Assembly (NCBI GenBank): GCA_028040005.1
Contig: JAOFKK010000001.1
Location: 1 to 40,456 of the forward strand
Length of the DNA: 40,456 nt
Source of the DNA: Rickettsiales bacterium
Lineage (GTDB): Bacteria; Pseudomonadota; Alphaproteobacteria; Rickettsiales; UBA1997
Direction: 5' to 3'
Part shown: in pieces, positions 1 through 9,163 of the stretch
Layout: every line of letters starts with the position of its first letter
Position numbering within the stretch: the stretch's first letter is position 1
Translations under genes and position numbers: made by a program
Notes under the pieces: generated by a model
What the model was told of the DNA's origin: nothing
Seen by the model: the letters and a program-made list of their open reading frames with translations, nothing else
The model's database searches: none

Positions 1-1497
1 GGCAGCAGATTTATCTTTATATCCTCTTACTGAATATTGATCTCCAATAAAGATTTGCTCAGAGGAAAATAGCGAGTGGGGTGAGTATTGAGCCTCAAGA
101 GAGCTCATTAGATAAAATTTGTGTCTTTTTATTGGTAAATGCTTATAATATCTGCCAGAAAACTTATATTTTGTAAATTGGGCTCTCGGTGTTAATCCAT
201 CTATTCCAGCCTCATCTTTTTTGGCATCAAAAATTGAAAGACCTCTTATATAAGATAATACATAGCTAAAATACCCATATTTGCTACTATTTATGGTATG
301 TTCAAAAGCGGGTCTAATTATTGATAGTTTTCTTGATCCAGTAGGGACTTTTGATCCTTGTAAAAAACTAGCTATGTCGTATAAATCCAATTTTGTCATA
401 AGGGAAAATTCATGAACCTGACCTCTGTAAATTTTTCTTTTCACATGAAATGTTCTGCTCTTATTAAAACCACTACTTTTAATACTGTTGTTAGTTGAGG
501 TGATTGTACTTAAATATCTTGATTCACCATAAGATAATCCAGATTCCCAATATCCAAAAGGAACTGTAATTCCAATAAATTTACTTCTTGAGTATTTTTC
601 TTTATCATTATGCTCATTATCTTTTGTATAGCTAGCATAGATACTTTCATTTAAACCCAAGATATTATTTTGGTTTATACTAGCTCTTCTTCTTTTTTCA
701 CCAGTTGATTTCTGTCCTGAATTATTGTATCCAAAACCAACTACTGGTCTTTTTTTTATTTTACCTTTAATTACTACGGAAGAAAATCCTTCTTTGCTGC
801 CAGGCAATATATCCATAACGACATTATTTCCATCCAATCTATTTAATTGCGATAATCCTTGCTCAATATCTCTAATATTAAATATCTTACCTTCTAGATT
901 ACCAAAGGCTGTTAATTTTCTAGATTTATTAAATATCTCTAATTTGCTTTGAAGATTTTTATCAAAATTAATTTTTTCTAATTTCCCTTCAACTATATAT
1001 ATTTTAAGAATTCCTGTTGATATGTCCTGAGGGTTAACAAAGGACTTACTAGTTACATAACCCTTTTTTATATAAAAATTAGTAATTCTTCTGGTAATAT
1101 TATTTAGAAGTGTAGGCTCTATACACTGACCAATAAAATCTTTAATAACTTTATTAATTTTTCTTTTTGAGAAAATCTCTGAATTTTCTATTACTACTTC
1201 TTTTAATTTAAAGCATTTGCCTGCAAATTTTTTATCAATTTTCTTTTCAGGTTTTTCTGTGAATTCTTCAGGCAGCTTTATTTTAAGATCTTTGCTTTTT
1301 CTTTTTTCGAATATTTTTCTATCTCTTTCCTCTTCTTCTATTTTTTGTCTTATTTGCTGATTTTGTTCTTGTTGCAGTATTATTTGATCATTGGTAGTGG
1401 CAAATGAAGTTTTGCAAGCAAAAATACCAATTAATGTGATTAAGAGTAGATTGCATAAAATTTGAATAGGATGATTTAATATCTTGCTAGATTTCAT
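1..1497 (-). CDS. Two-partner-secretion outer-membrane transporter (ShlB/FhaC/HecB TpsB family); the 3' end runs off the left edge
   Basis: Absent from the ORF track because no stop lies in the window. My hand translation from the ATG at 1497 is open for 499 codons down to base 1. It starts MKSSKILNHPIQILCNLLLITLIGIFAC (signal-like). It has a POTRA-like KCFKLKEVVIENSEIFSKRKINKVIKDFIGQC...GYVTSKSFVNPQDISTGILKIYIVEGKLEKINF, then LEGKIFNIRDIEQGLSQLNRL, VPFGYWES, and FIGDQYSVRGY at the edge. All are typical of TpsB proteins. Confidence 0.85.
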   Translation of the reverse strand, partial: MKSSKILNHPIQILCNLLLITLIGIFACKTSFATTNDQIILQQEQNQQIRQKIEEEERDRKIFEKRKSKDLKIKLPEEFTEKPEKKIDKKFAGKCFKLKEVVIENSEIFSKRKINKVIKDFIGQCIEPTLLNNITRRITNFYIKKGYVTSKSFVNPQDISTGILKIYIVEGKLEKINFDKNLQSKLEIFNKSRKLTAFGNLEGKIFNIRDIEQGLSQLNRLDGNNVVMDILPGSKEGFSSVVIKGKIKKRPVVGFGYNNSGQKSTGEKRRRASINQNNILGLNESIYASYTKDNEHNDKEKYSRSKFIGITVPFGYWESGLSYGESRYLSTITSTNNSIKSSGFNKSRTFHVKRKIYRGQVHEFSLMTKLDLYDIASFLQGSKVPTGSRKLSIIRPAFEHTINSSKYGYFSYVLSYIRGLSIFDAKKDEAGIDGLTPRAQFTKYKFSGRYYKHLPIKRHKFYLMSSLEAQYSPHSLFSSEQIFIGDQYSVRGYKDKSAA

Positions 1498-2227
1498 TTT
1501 GACCTAAAAATTTTTTAACCACTTCCTTTTTATCAACATCTTTTGGAAACAAATCTTTTTTTACAGAGAAAAACTGACAACAATTTTTCATATATTTTTT
1601 AGCATTATTGATCATTTCCATAGATTTTTTTTTGCTATTATTATGAGGGATATTTAATAAATATTCGATAGACCAGAAATAATTTTTACCTCTAAATATC
1701 ATCATCGTAGAAAAGGCTTTTTGCCCCGGTAGGCAAATTTGCTTTATGTTCGGCTTGCAAGGCTTTTCGTAAGATACTGTTATCGTATCAAAGTTTCCTA
1801 AAGCTAAATCTTTTGTAACTAACCTTTTATAAGGTTTAAAATTTTTCATTATATAGTTATCTCTTCTCGAAAAATAATAATCTAAGTTATCTTTTTTGAT
1901 GTTAACTTTAAAATCTTTGGCAATAATTAACATTCTATCCCAACTTAAACGAGAATATGTTGGCTCATAAACAAACTCGTCAACAATCGAATCTTTACTT
2001 CTTCTAGAGTAGCTATTTTGAATAAAATCTTCAGGAATCTGAACTGCTATATAATAGTTATTTATTTCATCATCATCTATTTTTATAACTTCATGTCTTA
2101 GATTATTCTTAAACTCTCCATTGTTAAATGAAACAAGGTTACCTTCGGTAAAATTAGGAGCACAAGCTCCAATAAGAAAAACTATTGGTAAGAGAATAAT
2201 GTGAAATAAATACCTATTTTTAATCAT
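1487..2227 (-). CDS. Hypothetical lipoprotein (246 aa); its 3' end overlaps the TpsB start by 11 nt
   Basis: ORF track entry. The N-terminus MIKNRYLFHIILLPIVFLIGAC has a lipobox-like LIGAC. I recognise no other domain. Confidence 0.55.
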   Translation of the reverse strand: MIKNRYLFHIILLPIVFLIGACAPNFTEGNLVSFNNGEFKNNLRHEVIKIDDDEINNYYIAVQIPEDFIQNSYSRRSKDSIVDEFVYEPTYSRLSWDRMLIIAKDFKVNIKKDNLDYYFSRRDNYIMKNFKPYKRLVTKDLALGNFDTITVSYEKPCKPNIKQICLPGQKAFSTMMIFRGKNYFWSIEYLLNIPHNNSKKKSMEMINNAKKYMKNCCQFFSVKKDLFPKDVDKKEVVKKFLGQNEI

Positions 2228-2394
2228 TTTATAATTTTTATTCTAATTTATTTTTTTGTTTCACTGAGTGCTCAAGCACATAATTTTAAGGAGCAAATAT
2301 TTTTTAATTTCATTCCTCTCTTGTTTTCTATTATTTTCTATCCTATTCTATATAAGAAATTTTTTAATTCAACAAAACATATTGCAGGGTAACC

Positions 2395-2583
2395 ATGAGC
2401 ATCATTGATAATAACGACATAATGACAATGAAAGAGTTGGCTGACTATCTCAAGATAGCAGAAAAAACAGCTTATCGCTTTGCATCAGAAAAGAAGGTTC
2501 CGGGGTTTAAAGTTGGTAATGCTTGGAGATTTAGGAAGAGTGAAATTGATAATTGGATTAAGAAACAGGAAAAAACTAAATAG
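2395..2583 (+). CDS. Small excisionase/MerR-type helix-turn-helix DNA-binding protein (62 aa)
   Basis: MTMKELADYLKIAEKTAYRFASEKKVPGFKVGNAWRFRKSEIDNWI matches the excisionase-family HTH pattern. A near-identical paralog lies at 36076..36258 (-). Confidence 0.8.
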   Translation: MSIIDNNDIMTMKELADYLKIAEKTAYRFASEKKVPGFKVGNAWRFRKSEIDNWIKKQEKTK

Positions 2584-2590
2584 GAAAATT

Positions 2591-2997
2591 ATGGCCAATA
2601 ATCACGAAAATTTAATAGGTTTTATTTGGAACATAGCTAATAAATTGCGTGGCCCGTATCGTCCGCCACAATATAGGCGAGTTATGTTGCCAATGACTAT
2701 TCTTCGTAGAATGGATTGCGTTTTGTTATCTACAAAAGATGAGGTATTAAAACAATACGAGAAGCTTCAGGCGCAAGGTCATAGCGAAGATGCTATTCAT
2801 AAAATATTGGGTCGTACTGCCTCAAAAGATAGAGAGCAGCCTTTGTACAATACCAGTAAATATGATTTTAATAAATTGCTTGGTGATTCTGACAACATTG
2901 CTCGTAATTTAATATCCTATATCAATGGGCTATCTCCCAAAGCTCGTGAAATTTTTGAAAAATTTAATTTTGAACAAGAAATAGAAAAATTAGATAA
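2591..2997 (+). pseudogene. hsdM: Type I restriction-modification methylase HsdM; only the N-terminal domain remains, truncated by the IS3-family element
   Basis: MANNHENLIGFIWNIANKLRGPYRPPQYRRVMLPMTILRRMDCVL... is a typical HsdM N-terminal domain. The frame runs into the IS left inverted repeat at 2998 and stops at 3029-3031. No catalytic methylase domain, hsdS or hsdR follows. Confidence 0.8.
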
Positions 2998-3049
2998 TGA
3001 TGTGGTTACCTTTTTCCGGACAGTTTTTTAATCATTAATTTAATAAAAT

Positions 3050-3349
3050 ATGTCGAAAAGGGAACATAATAAATATTCTTTAGAATTTAAGGTTTCGTCT
3101 GTAAAATTAGCTCTTGAGTCGGATCAGCCTATAGCTCAAACTGCTAGAGATTTAGGTATTAATCCTAGTACTTTACATACTTGGATAGGTAAGGAGTCAA
3201 ATTTTAAAAAATCTAATAATAATATGGTAAAAAATAGTGAGTGTCATTTTGAAGAAGTAAAAAAGTTAAGGAAGGAGTTATCAATTGTTAAGCAAGAGAG
3301 GGATTTGCTAAAAAAGGCTGCCGCATACTTTGCCAAACAATCCCAATAA
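3050..3349 (+). CDS. IS3-family transposase OrfA (HTH)
   Basis: KYSLEFKVSSVKLALESDQPIAQTARDLGINPSTLHTWI plus a leucine-zipper-like tail ending LLKKAAAYFAKQSQ. This is a classic IS3 OrfA. Confidence 0.9.
   Translation: MSKREHNKYSLEFKVSSVKLALESDQPIAQTARDLGINPSTLHTWIGKESNFKKSNNNMVKNSECHFEEVKKLRKELSIVKQERDLLKKAAAYFAKQSQ
3310..3316 (+). promoter_or_regulatory. Programmed -1 ribosomal frameshift slippery heptamer A-AAA-AAG (OrfA to OrfAB fusion)
   Basis: AAAAAAG lies at 3310-3316 near the orfA end. Read by hand, the -1 frame is open from here into orfB (KKGCRILCQTIPIKYAWIKSNRNQFSITKMCNFMKVSRSGYYEW). Confidence 0.7.
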
Positions 3350-3396
3350 AGTATGCGTGGATTAAATCTAACAGGAATCAATTTTCAATTACAAAA

Positions 3397-4230
3397 ATGT
3401 GTAATTTTATGAAAGTTTCTCGTAGTGGATATTATGAGTGGTTAAACTATTCTATTAGTGATAGGGATAAGGAGAATATGAAAATAATGGGTAAAATAAA
3501 AGAAATTTCTATTCAAAATCGTAATATTTATGGTTCTCGTAGAATTTTAAAAAAATTAGAAGAAGAAAATATTTTTATAAGTAGAAAAAGGCTTGTTAGA
3601 TTGATGAGATTGGCAAATATTTCTTGTAAAACCAAGAGAAAATTCAAGATTACTATTAATTCTAAACATAATAAACCAATTTCACCTAATTTATTAAATA
3701 GAAATTTTGATTGTTTAGTTCCAAATAAATATTGGGTTGGTGATATTACCTACATTCCAACCCAGGAAGGATGGTTATATTTAGCAACTGTAATTGATCT
3801 TTATTCTAGAAATATCATTGGCTGGTCTATGTCTGATAATATGAAATCAAAATTAGTTAATGATGCTTTAACAATAGCATTATTTAAAAGAAAACCTAAA
3901 AAGGGGTTGATCTATCATACTGATCAGGGTAGTCAATATGATTCTGAATCTCACAGAGATATTTTAAAAGATCATGACATTATCCAAAGTATGAGTAGAA
4001 AAGGTAATTGCTGGGATAATGCTGTTGCAGAATCATTTTTTCATACCCTGAAAACTGAATTAACGCATCATCATAATTTTAAAAATAGAAAGGAAGCAAA
4101 AAATATAATATTTGAATATATTGAGGTTTTCTATAATAGAATAAGAATTCACTCTGCTAATAATTATCTAGCACCAGTTGAATTCGAAAAAAGAAACATA
4201 TACTTGAAAAAATATTCAACATCTGCTTAA
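3397..4230 (+). CDS. IS3-family transposase OrfB (DDE/integrase core); the frame is open upstream to the slippery site
   Basis: WVGDITYIPT, LIYHTDQGSQY and GNCWDNAVAESFF...YNRIRIHSA are the IS3 DDE catalytic-region signatures. Confidence 0.9.
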   Translation: MCNFMKVSRSGYYEWLNYSISDRDKENMKIMGKIKEISIQNRNIYGSRRILKKLEEENIFISRKRLVRLMRLANISCKTKRKFKITINSKHNKPISPNLLNRNFDCLVPNKYWVGDITYIPTQEGWLYLATVIDLYSRNIIGWSMSDNMKSKLVNDALTIALFKRKPKKGLIYHTDQGSQYDSESHRDILKDHDIIQSMSRKGNCWDNAVAESFFHTLKTELTHHHNFKNRKEAKNIIFEYIEVFYNRIRIHSANNYLAPVEFEKRNIYLKKYSTSA

Positions 4231-4261
4231 ATTGGGTGTCCGGAAAAAGGTAACCACATCA

Positions 4262-4723
4262 ATTTTTCAAAAATGCGTAATTCATAAAGAGAGGCAAATA
4301 TTACTAAAAACAAGACCAAAAGAAAAAGCAGAAATGGCTGAAGATTTAAAACATATATTTGATAATTTTGATGAATCTTCAACAATAGAAAATGCAAAAA
4401 ATAAGCTAGAATCCTTTATTAATAAGTGGAAATCTAAATATTCAAATATTAACAATTATTTTAAAGAAGGAATTGTAGATTATTACTTCTCTTATATTAA
4501 ATTTGATAAAGAAATAAGAAGATCTATATATACAACAAATGGAATAGAAAATCTTAATAAACAAATAAGAAAGGCTACAAAAAATAAATTATCCTTCGAA
4601 AAAGAAAATAGATTGCTGGATTATATATTTGTAGTTATAAAGGATTTTGAAGAAAAGAACTGGCAAAAATATTCAGTTCATTTATTCAAAAATTGGAAAA
4701 AGATAGGTGAAGGGAATAATTAA
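4262..4723 (+). pseudogene. IS256-family (Mutator-type) transposase, C-terminal fragment only
   Basis: AEDLKHIFDNFDESSTIENAKNKLESFINKWKSKY...YFSYIKFDKEIRRSIYTTNGIENLNKQIRKATKNK matches the IS256-family C-terminal region. The 5' part is missing, and the fragment begins directly at the IS3 right end. The sequence after the stop (AAAGACACAATTAAATT) resembles an IS256-type terminal repeat. Confidence 0.75.
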
Positions 4724-4770
4724 AAGACACAATTAAATTAACGATCCCTAGTCAAGACACCAAAGGTGGC

Positions 4771-4890
4771 TTGGTGGGGTACGGGATTCTTCAACATATA
4801 AAATGCCAATCAAGTTACCTCCTATCACAACATACACATAACTTTAAGTTGGCACTTTGGTGGGTACAGAATACTTCAACATATAAATTT
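4771..4890. repeat. Two copies of a ~35-bp dispersed intergenic repeat (TTGGTGGGGTA..CTTCAACATATAAAtt)
   Basis: 4771-4804 and 4857-4890 align at roughly 80 percent identity by eye. A short hairpin precedes each copy. A third copy lies at 25524-25560. Confidence 0.55.
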
Positions 4891-5053
4891 ACCTAATCAC
4901 TATTTTATTTTACTTTAAAATGAAGTTCTATAAAATCTTTTTAATATTAAAGAAACCTTTGCATTGACTTTCTAATAGAATCAAACACTTCAATTACAAA
5001 AAGGTCTCTTAAAATTCATTTCCGGGCTTTAAAGTAACTTTTTTAATAAAATT

Positions 5054-5761
5054 ATGACTAAAATAATAACAGCCGCCTATATTATGATAGGAGATGAAAT
5101 TCTTTCAGGAAGGACTAAAGATGAGAATTTAAATTTTTTAGCAACTAACCTTACAAATCTTGGAATTAATCTAAAAGAAGTTATTATTGTTCCCGATGAT
5201 GAAATAAAAATAATAGAAGCTGTTATCAATCTTAAGGATCAATATAATTATATTTTTACAACTGGTGGCATAGGACCAACTCATGATGATGTTACTATCG
5301 ATTCCATAGCTAAGGCTTTAAATGATAAATTAATCCTCAACAAAAAGGCCGAGCAAATATTAATTGATCATTATGGTAAAAATAACATTAATAAAGCCAG
5401 ATTAAAAATGGCAATTTTGCCATCAAAAGCCAAATTACTTAATAATCCAGTAACATCCGCACCTGGATTTATGATAGAAAATATCATAGTAATGGCAGGG
5501 GTGCCAAAAATAATGCGCGCCATGTTTAATTCTTCATTGGAATTTTTAGATTTTGGCGATAAGATTATATCAAAGGAAATTAGTCTAAATGTTACTGAAA
5601 GCTTCATAGCCAAAGATTTATCTGATTTACAGAATCAATTTCCTGAGGTTGCAATTGGTAGCTATCCATTTTTTGGTGGTACTTCTGTGGTTTTTCGCTC
5701 CTTTAATAAGGTCAAAATAAATCAATGTTATGATATAATATCTAACAAAAAATATGAGTAA
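5054..5761 (+). CDS. CinA/MoaB-type molybdopterin-binding (MoCF_biosynth) domain protein
   Basis: IGDEILSGRTKDENLNFLA...IFTTGGIGPTHDDVT...APGF is typical of the CinA N-terminal / MoCF domain. Confidence 0.75.
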   Translation: MTKIITAAYIMIGDEILSGRTKDENLNFLATNLTNLGINLKEVIIVPDDEIKIIEAVINLKDQYNYIFTTGGIGPTHDDVTIDSIAKALNDKLILNKKAEQILIDHYGKNNINKARLKMAILPSKAKLLNNPVTSAPGFMIENIIVMAGVPKIMRAMFNSSLEFLDFGDKIISKEISLNVTESFIAKDLSDLQNQFPEVAIGSYPFFGGTSVVFRSFNKVKINQCYDIISNKKYE

Positions 5762-6545
5762 TAAATTTAACCAAGAACAAAAAAAAATATATAATGACTA
5801 TGTTACAACCATGGTCGAAAAAAAGATGTTTTTTAAAGATTCGGTAAATTACTATCTATTATCCTATATATCGCCTAAATGCCATAGAACTTTTTTGATT
5901 ATTATTTTATTATTTACCAGCTCCATACTTTATATTTTAAGTGAAGAAATAATAAAATTACTACCAATTAAGCAACCTCTACCAATAATGGTTAATGCCA
6001 AAGATTCATCCATATATTACCCCGCTATTAAAAGCCTAAGAAAACCATATGATACTGACGTAATTTCAATTAATGAGATGGTGGCAAGATATTTAATCGA
6101 AAATTACATCACCCAAAGAGAATCATATGATTTTAGAACAGCAAATATCAATGATATTAATAATAAGTTAGAATTTATTAGAAATAACTCATCATCTAAA
6201 GAATATCGAAATTTTAAAAAATATTTTGATAGAACAAATCCATTAAGTCCAGTTCGATTTTTTGGTAAAGATTCATATAATAAGGTTGATATTATATCGG
6301 TTGCTTTTGAGAAGGAGGAAAATAAAAATCTACTTAAAATAGCGCAAGATTTTCTTTATATTAGCTTGGCTAAAGAGGCTGTTGTTAATTATAAAATTAC
6401 CAGATATATAGGCAATAAAACTAGCGTTACTAAAAAGAAAGCTAGAATATTCTTCTCTTTTTCTGGTATTAATAAAAAATCCGGTACATTAAAAAAAGAA
6501 TTAGACTTTACTGTCAATAATTTTATAAATTTAAAAGTTAAATGA
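5754..6545 (+). CDS. virB8: VirB8-like type IV secretion protein
   Basis: Bitopic layout, with a TM segment FLIIILLFTSSILYIL followed by a soluble domain. It has an NPLSP motif resembling the VirB8 NPxG motif. It overlaps the following virB9-like gene by 4 nt. Confidence 0.6.
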   Translation: MSNKFNQEQKKIYNDYVTTMVEKKMFFKDSVNYYLLSYISPKCHRTFLIIILLFTSSILYILSEEIIKLLPIKQPLPIMVNAKDSSIYYPAIKSLRKPYDTDVISINEMVARYLIENYITQRESYDFRTANINDINNKLEFIRNNSSSKEYRNFKKYFDRTNPLSPVRFFGKDSYNKVDIISVAFEKEENKNLLKIAQDFLYISLAKEAVVNYKITRYIGNKTSVTKKKARIFFSFSGINKKSGTLKKELDFTVNNFINLKVK

Positions 6546-7324
6546 TAAAAATATTAATTATTATCGCCACATTATTGATCCAAATAAATAACTCATATGG
6601 GGCTCAAGAACCTAGATTCTTAGGTAGTGAAAAAAAATTCAGATCATTCATCTATAACCCTAATGAAATATATAGATATACCGGACACTACACCTATCTT
6701 GGTTTTATAGAATTTTCTGAAAGTGACACTATATCATTAGTTACCATGGGTAATTCTAATCTGTGGATGTATGAAGCATCTGGTAATCGCTTATTTTTAA
6801 AACCTATTGAAAATAACGCCGAAACTAACATGACTGTTTTTACTAGTAGTGGCAAAGTTTATCACTTTGAATTAGTTGGTCGTGAAGCTAAAAATATCAA
6901 TGATGAAAATTTAGTTTTTGTAGTAAAATTTATCTATCCTGATGAAGCTAGCCAAAATATTGTTAATTTTCCAAAATCACTACCATCGGATGAGCCTGAT
7001 ATGCGCAAAATTGCAAATTATAACTTTAATTATGAATTTACTGGAGCCAGAATTATTGCCCCAATTAAGGTATTTGACAATGGTGAATTTACTTATTTTC
7101 AATTTAGTAAAACTAATGGGGAAGCTCCTGCAATTTATACTGTTGATTCAGCAGGATATGAATCAATGATTAATTACAGAGTTTCTGGGTCATATATTAT
7201 AGCCGAAATCGTCACATCACAATTTACATTGCGAAGCGGTAATGATATTGTCTGTGTTTATAATAATAGCATGATAATGAATAATGACCCAACAAAAAGT
7301 ACCGCCCCATCAATGAAATTTTAA
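6542..7324 (+). CDS. virB9: VirB9/TrbG/CagX-like type IV secretion protein
   Basis: A signal peptide is followed by IYRYTGHYTYLGFIEFSESDTISLVTMGNSNLWMYEASGNRLFLKPIE...MTVFTSSGKVYHFELV, which is typical of the VirB9 N-domain. Confidence 0.75.
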   Translation: MIKILIIIATLLIQINNSYGAQEPRFLGSEKKFRSFIYNPNEIYRYTGHYTYLGFIEFSESDTISLVTMGNSNLWMYEASGNRLFLKPIENNAETNMTVFTSSGKVYHFELVGREAKNINDENLVFVVKFIYPDEASQNIVNFPKSLPSDEPDMRKIANYNFNYEFTGARIIAPIKVFDNGEFTYFQFSKTNGEAPAIYTVDSAGYESMINYRVSGSYIIAEIVTSQFTLRSGNDIVCVYNNSMIMNNDPTKSTAPSMKF

Positions 7325-7983
7325 TATTTATTATTATGTAATATTTCTGCGGTAGATTTTCTTTGAATAGATGACATTCTTGTGGCATATGTTTTAAAAT
7401 TATTGACTACGCCAGAAAAATTTTCTCCTATTTCCATTCTAGCAATCTTTGTAACCTCAATAGGATCAATATTGGTAGCAATATTATCTACGCCATCAAT
7501 ATTAATGATTAATTTTTCTCTTCTTTGATCATATACAATTATCACAGAATGAGGAAGGGAAAAATTAGCATCATCAGCAATAGCTACAGAAAGACCATTG
7601 GTGCTTGTAGAATCAGCACCATGAACATAAAAAAACTCACCATTAGATTTAATTCCAGCCAAAGCAACAGGAAGACCTCCTGAAGTATTTTCATAGAAAG
7701 AAAATAAAGTTTGCTCAGCAGCGGGGGCGCCTTTTTTATCAACATTAAAATGCATAGAATAACCATTATCACTATAACCAGCAGCTATTGATTTAAAATT
7801 ATTTAAATGATTGGGAATATTTTGTGATTTAGAATAAAATACCAATGGATCATTACTATTGCAACCATCAGCTGCACTACTAAAAAACCTAACACCCTTA
7901 TCTGAGACCTCAAAGCAATTAGCATAAGATGTTGATATATATAAAAAAGAAGTAATAAAAGATAATAGAATTTTACGAGTCAT
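7321..7983 (-). CDS. Secreted hypothetical protein (220 aa), possibly a LamG/concanavalin-like fold
   Basis: Signal peptide MTRKILLSFITSFLYISTSYA. The fold guess rests on sequence flavour only. The stop overlaps the virB9 stop (convergent). Confidence 0.5.
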   Translation of the reverse strand: MTRKILLSFITSFLYISTSYANCFEVSDKGVRFFSSAADGCNSNDPLVFYSKSQNIPNHLNNFKSIAAGYSDNGYSMHFNVDKKGAPAAEQTLFSFYENTSGGLPVALAGIKSNGEFFYVHGADSTSTNGLSVAIADDANFSLPHSVIIVYDQRREKLIINIDGVDNIATNIDPIEVTKIARMEIGENFSGVVNNFKTYATRMSSIQRKSTAEILHNNKY

Positions 7984-8170
7984 GGCTAATATAATTAAAA
8001 TTAATAAACCATCAATTCTTATTTAAAAATAAGAAGGAGGAAGAAGATTAACATTCTTATTTTCAGATAGTAATTGATATATTTATTATATCAAATTTTT
8101 TGTTAAGATGCAATATTAATATTGATATATTGTTATAATAGTAATAAAATTTTTAAAAAATGGCATCATA

Positions 8171-9163
8171 ATGAAAGATCAAAATCATCAAACATTAACT
8201 TCCGAACTTAAAGAGGAAGATAAAAATCAAGAAAACATCTTAAGACCCCTATATCTAAAAGACTTCTTAGGGCAGAAAAAAATTAAAGAAAATCTTACCA
8301 TCTTTATTGAATCAGCAAAAAACCGCTCCGATTCTCTTGATCATACCCTATTTTACGGCCCTCCAGGTCTTGGAAAAACAACCTTAGCACAAATTATTGC
8401 CCATGAGATGGGGGTTGGATTTAAATCAACCTCTGGCCCCATGATTTCAAAATCCGGTGATTTAGCGGCAATTTTAACCAATCTACAAGAAGGTGATGTA
8501 TTATTTATTGATGAAATTCACCGTTTACATATTGCCATTGAAGAGGTTCTATATTCAGCAATGGAAGATTTTAAACTTGATATAATAATCGGTGAGGGGC
8601 CAGCAGCAAGGGCAATTAAAATTGACTTACCCAGATTTACATTAGTTGCTGCCACCACTAGAATTGGCCTTTTAAGTAACCCAATGCGTGACCGCTTTGG
8701 CATACCTTTAAGATTAAATTTTTATGAAATTGACGAATTGCAAGAAATTGTCATTCGAGATGCCAAAATTCTTAATTTACAAATAACAGATGATGGCGCC
8801 ACTCAAATCGCCAAAAGATCTAGAGGAACACCAAGAATTGCAATTCGCCTTTTAAAAAGAGTTCGTGATTTTGCATCTTTTGCTAAAGAAGATATTATTA
8901 ATGAACAAATTGCTGATGAATCTCTAAAAAAATTAGAAATTGACAATATAGGTCTTGATATATCTGATCATTTATATTTAAACTTCATCCTAACTAATTA
9001 TAATGGAGGGCCGGTTGGTATTGACACAATCGCATCAGGAATTAGCGATGAAAAAGACTCAATTTGCGACACAATTGAACCCTATTTAATACAAATAGGC
9101 TTTATTGATAAAACACCAAGAGGTAGAATTTTAACTCAAAAAGCTTTAAGCTATCTAAAATGA
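8171..9163 (+). CDS. ruvB: Holliday junction branch migration helicase RuvB
   Basis: [30 protein letters not shown] and a full-length match to the RuvB pattern. Confidence 0.97.
   Translation: MKDQNHQTLTSELKEEDKNQENILRPLYLKDFLGQKKIKENLTIFIESAKNRSDSLDHTLFYGPPGLGKTTLAQIIAHEMGVGFKSTSGPMISKSGDLAAILTNLQEGDVLFIDEIHRLHIAIEEVLYSAMEDFKLDIIIGEGPAARAIKIDLPRFTLVAATTRIGLLSNPMRDRFGIPLRLNFYEIDELQEIVIRDAKILNLQITDDGATQIAKRSRGTPRIAIRLLKRVRDFASFAKEDIINEQIADESLKKLEIDNIGLDISDHLYLNFILTNYNGGPVGIDTIASGISDEKDSICDTIEPYLIQIGFIDKTPRGRILTQKALSYLK

Larger units (their letters stand above)
2998..4261 (+). mobile_element. IS3-family insertion sequence, apparently intact (about 1.26 kb)
   Basis: Perfect 25-bp terminal inverted repeats: TGATGTGGTTACCTTTTTCCGGACA at 2998-3022 and its reverse complement at 4237-4261. 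It has orfA plus orfB with a slippery A-AAA-AAG. The flanking bases (ATAA / ATTT) are not a direct repeat. Confidence 0.9.

Noticed and set aside
725-952. 75-aa plus-strand ORF from the track
   Set aside because: It lies antisense within the well-supported TpsB coding frame and its translation is low-complexity. It is a shadow ORF.
2480-3031. 183-aa ORF as drawn in the track
   Set aside because: Its first 37 codons overlap the HTH gene in another frame. The recognisable HsdM sequence begins at the ATG at 2591, and the last codons are read-through into the IS inverted repeat.
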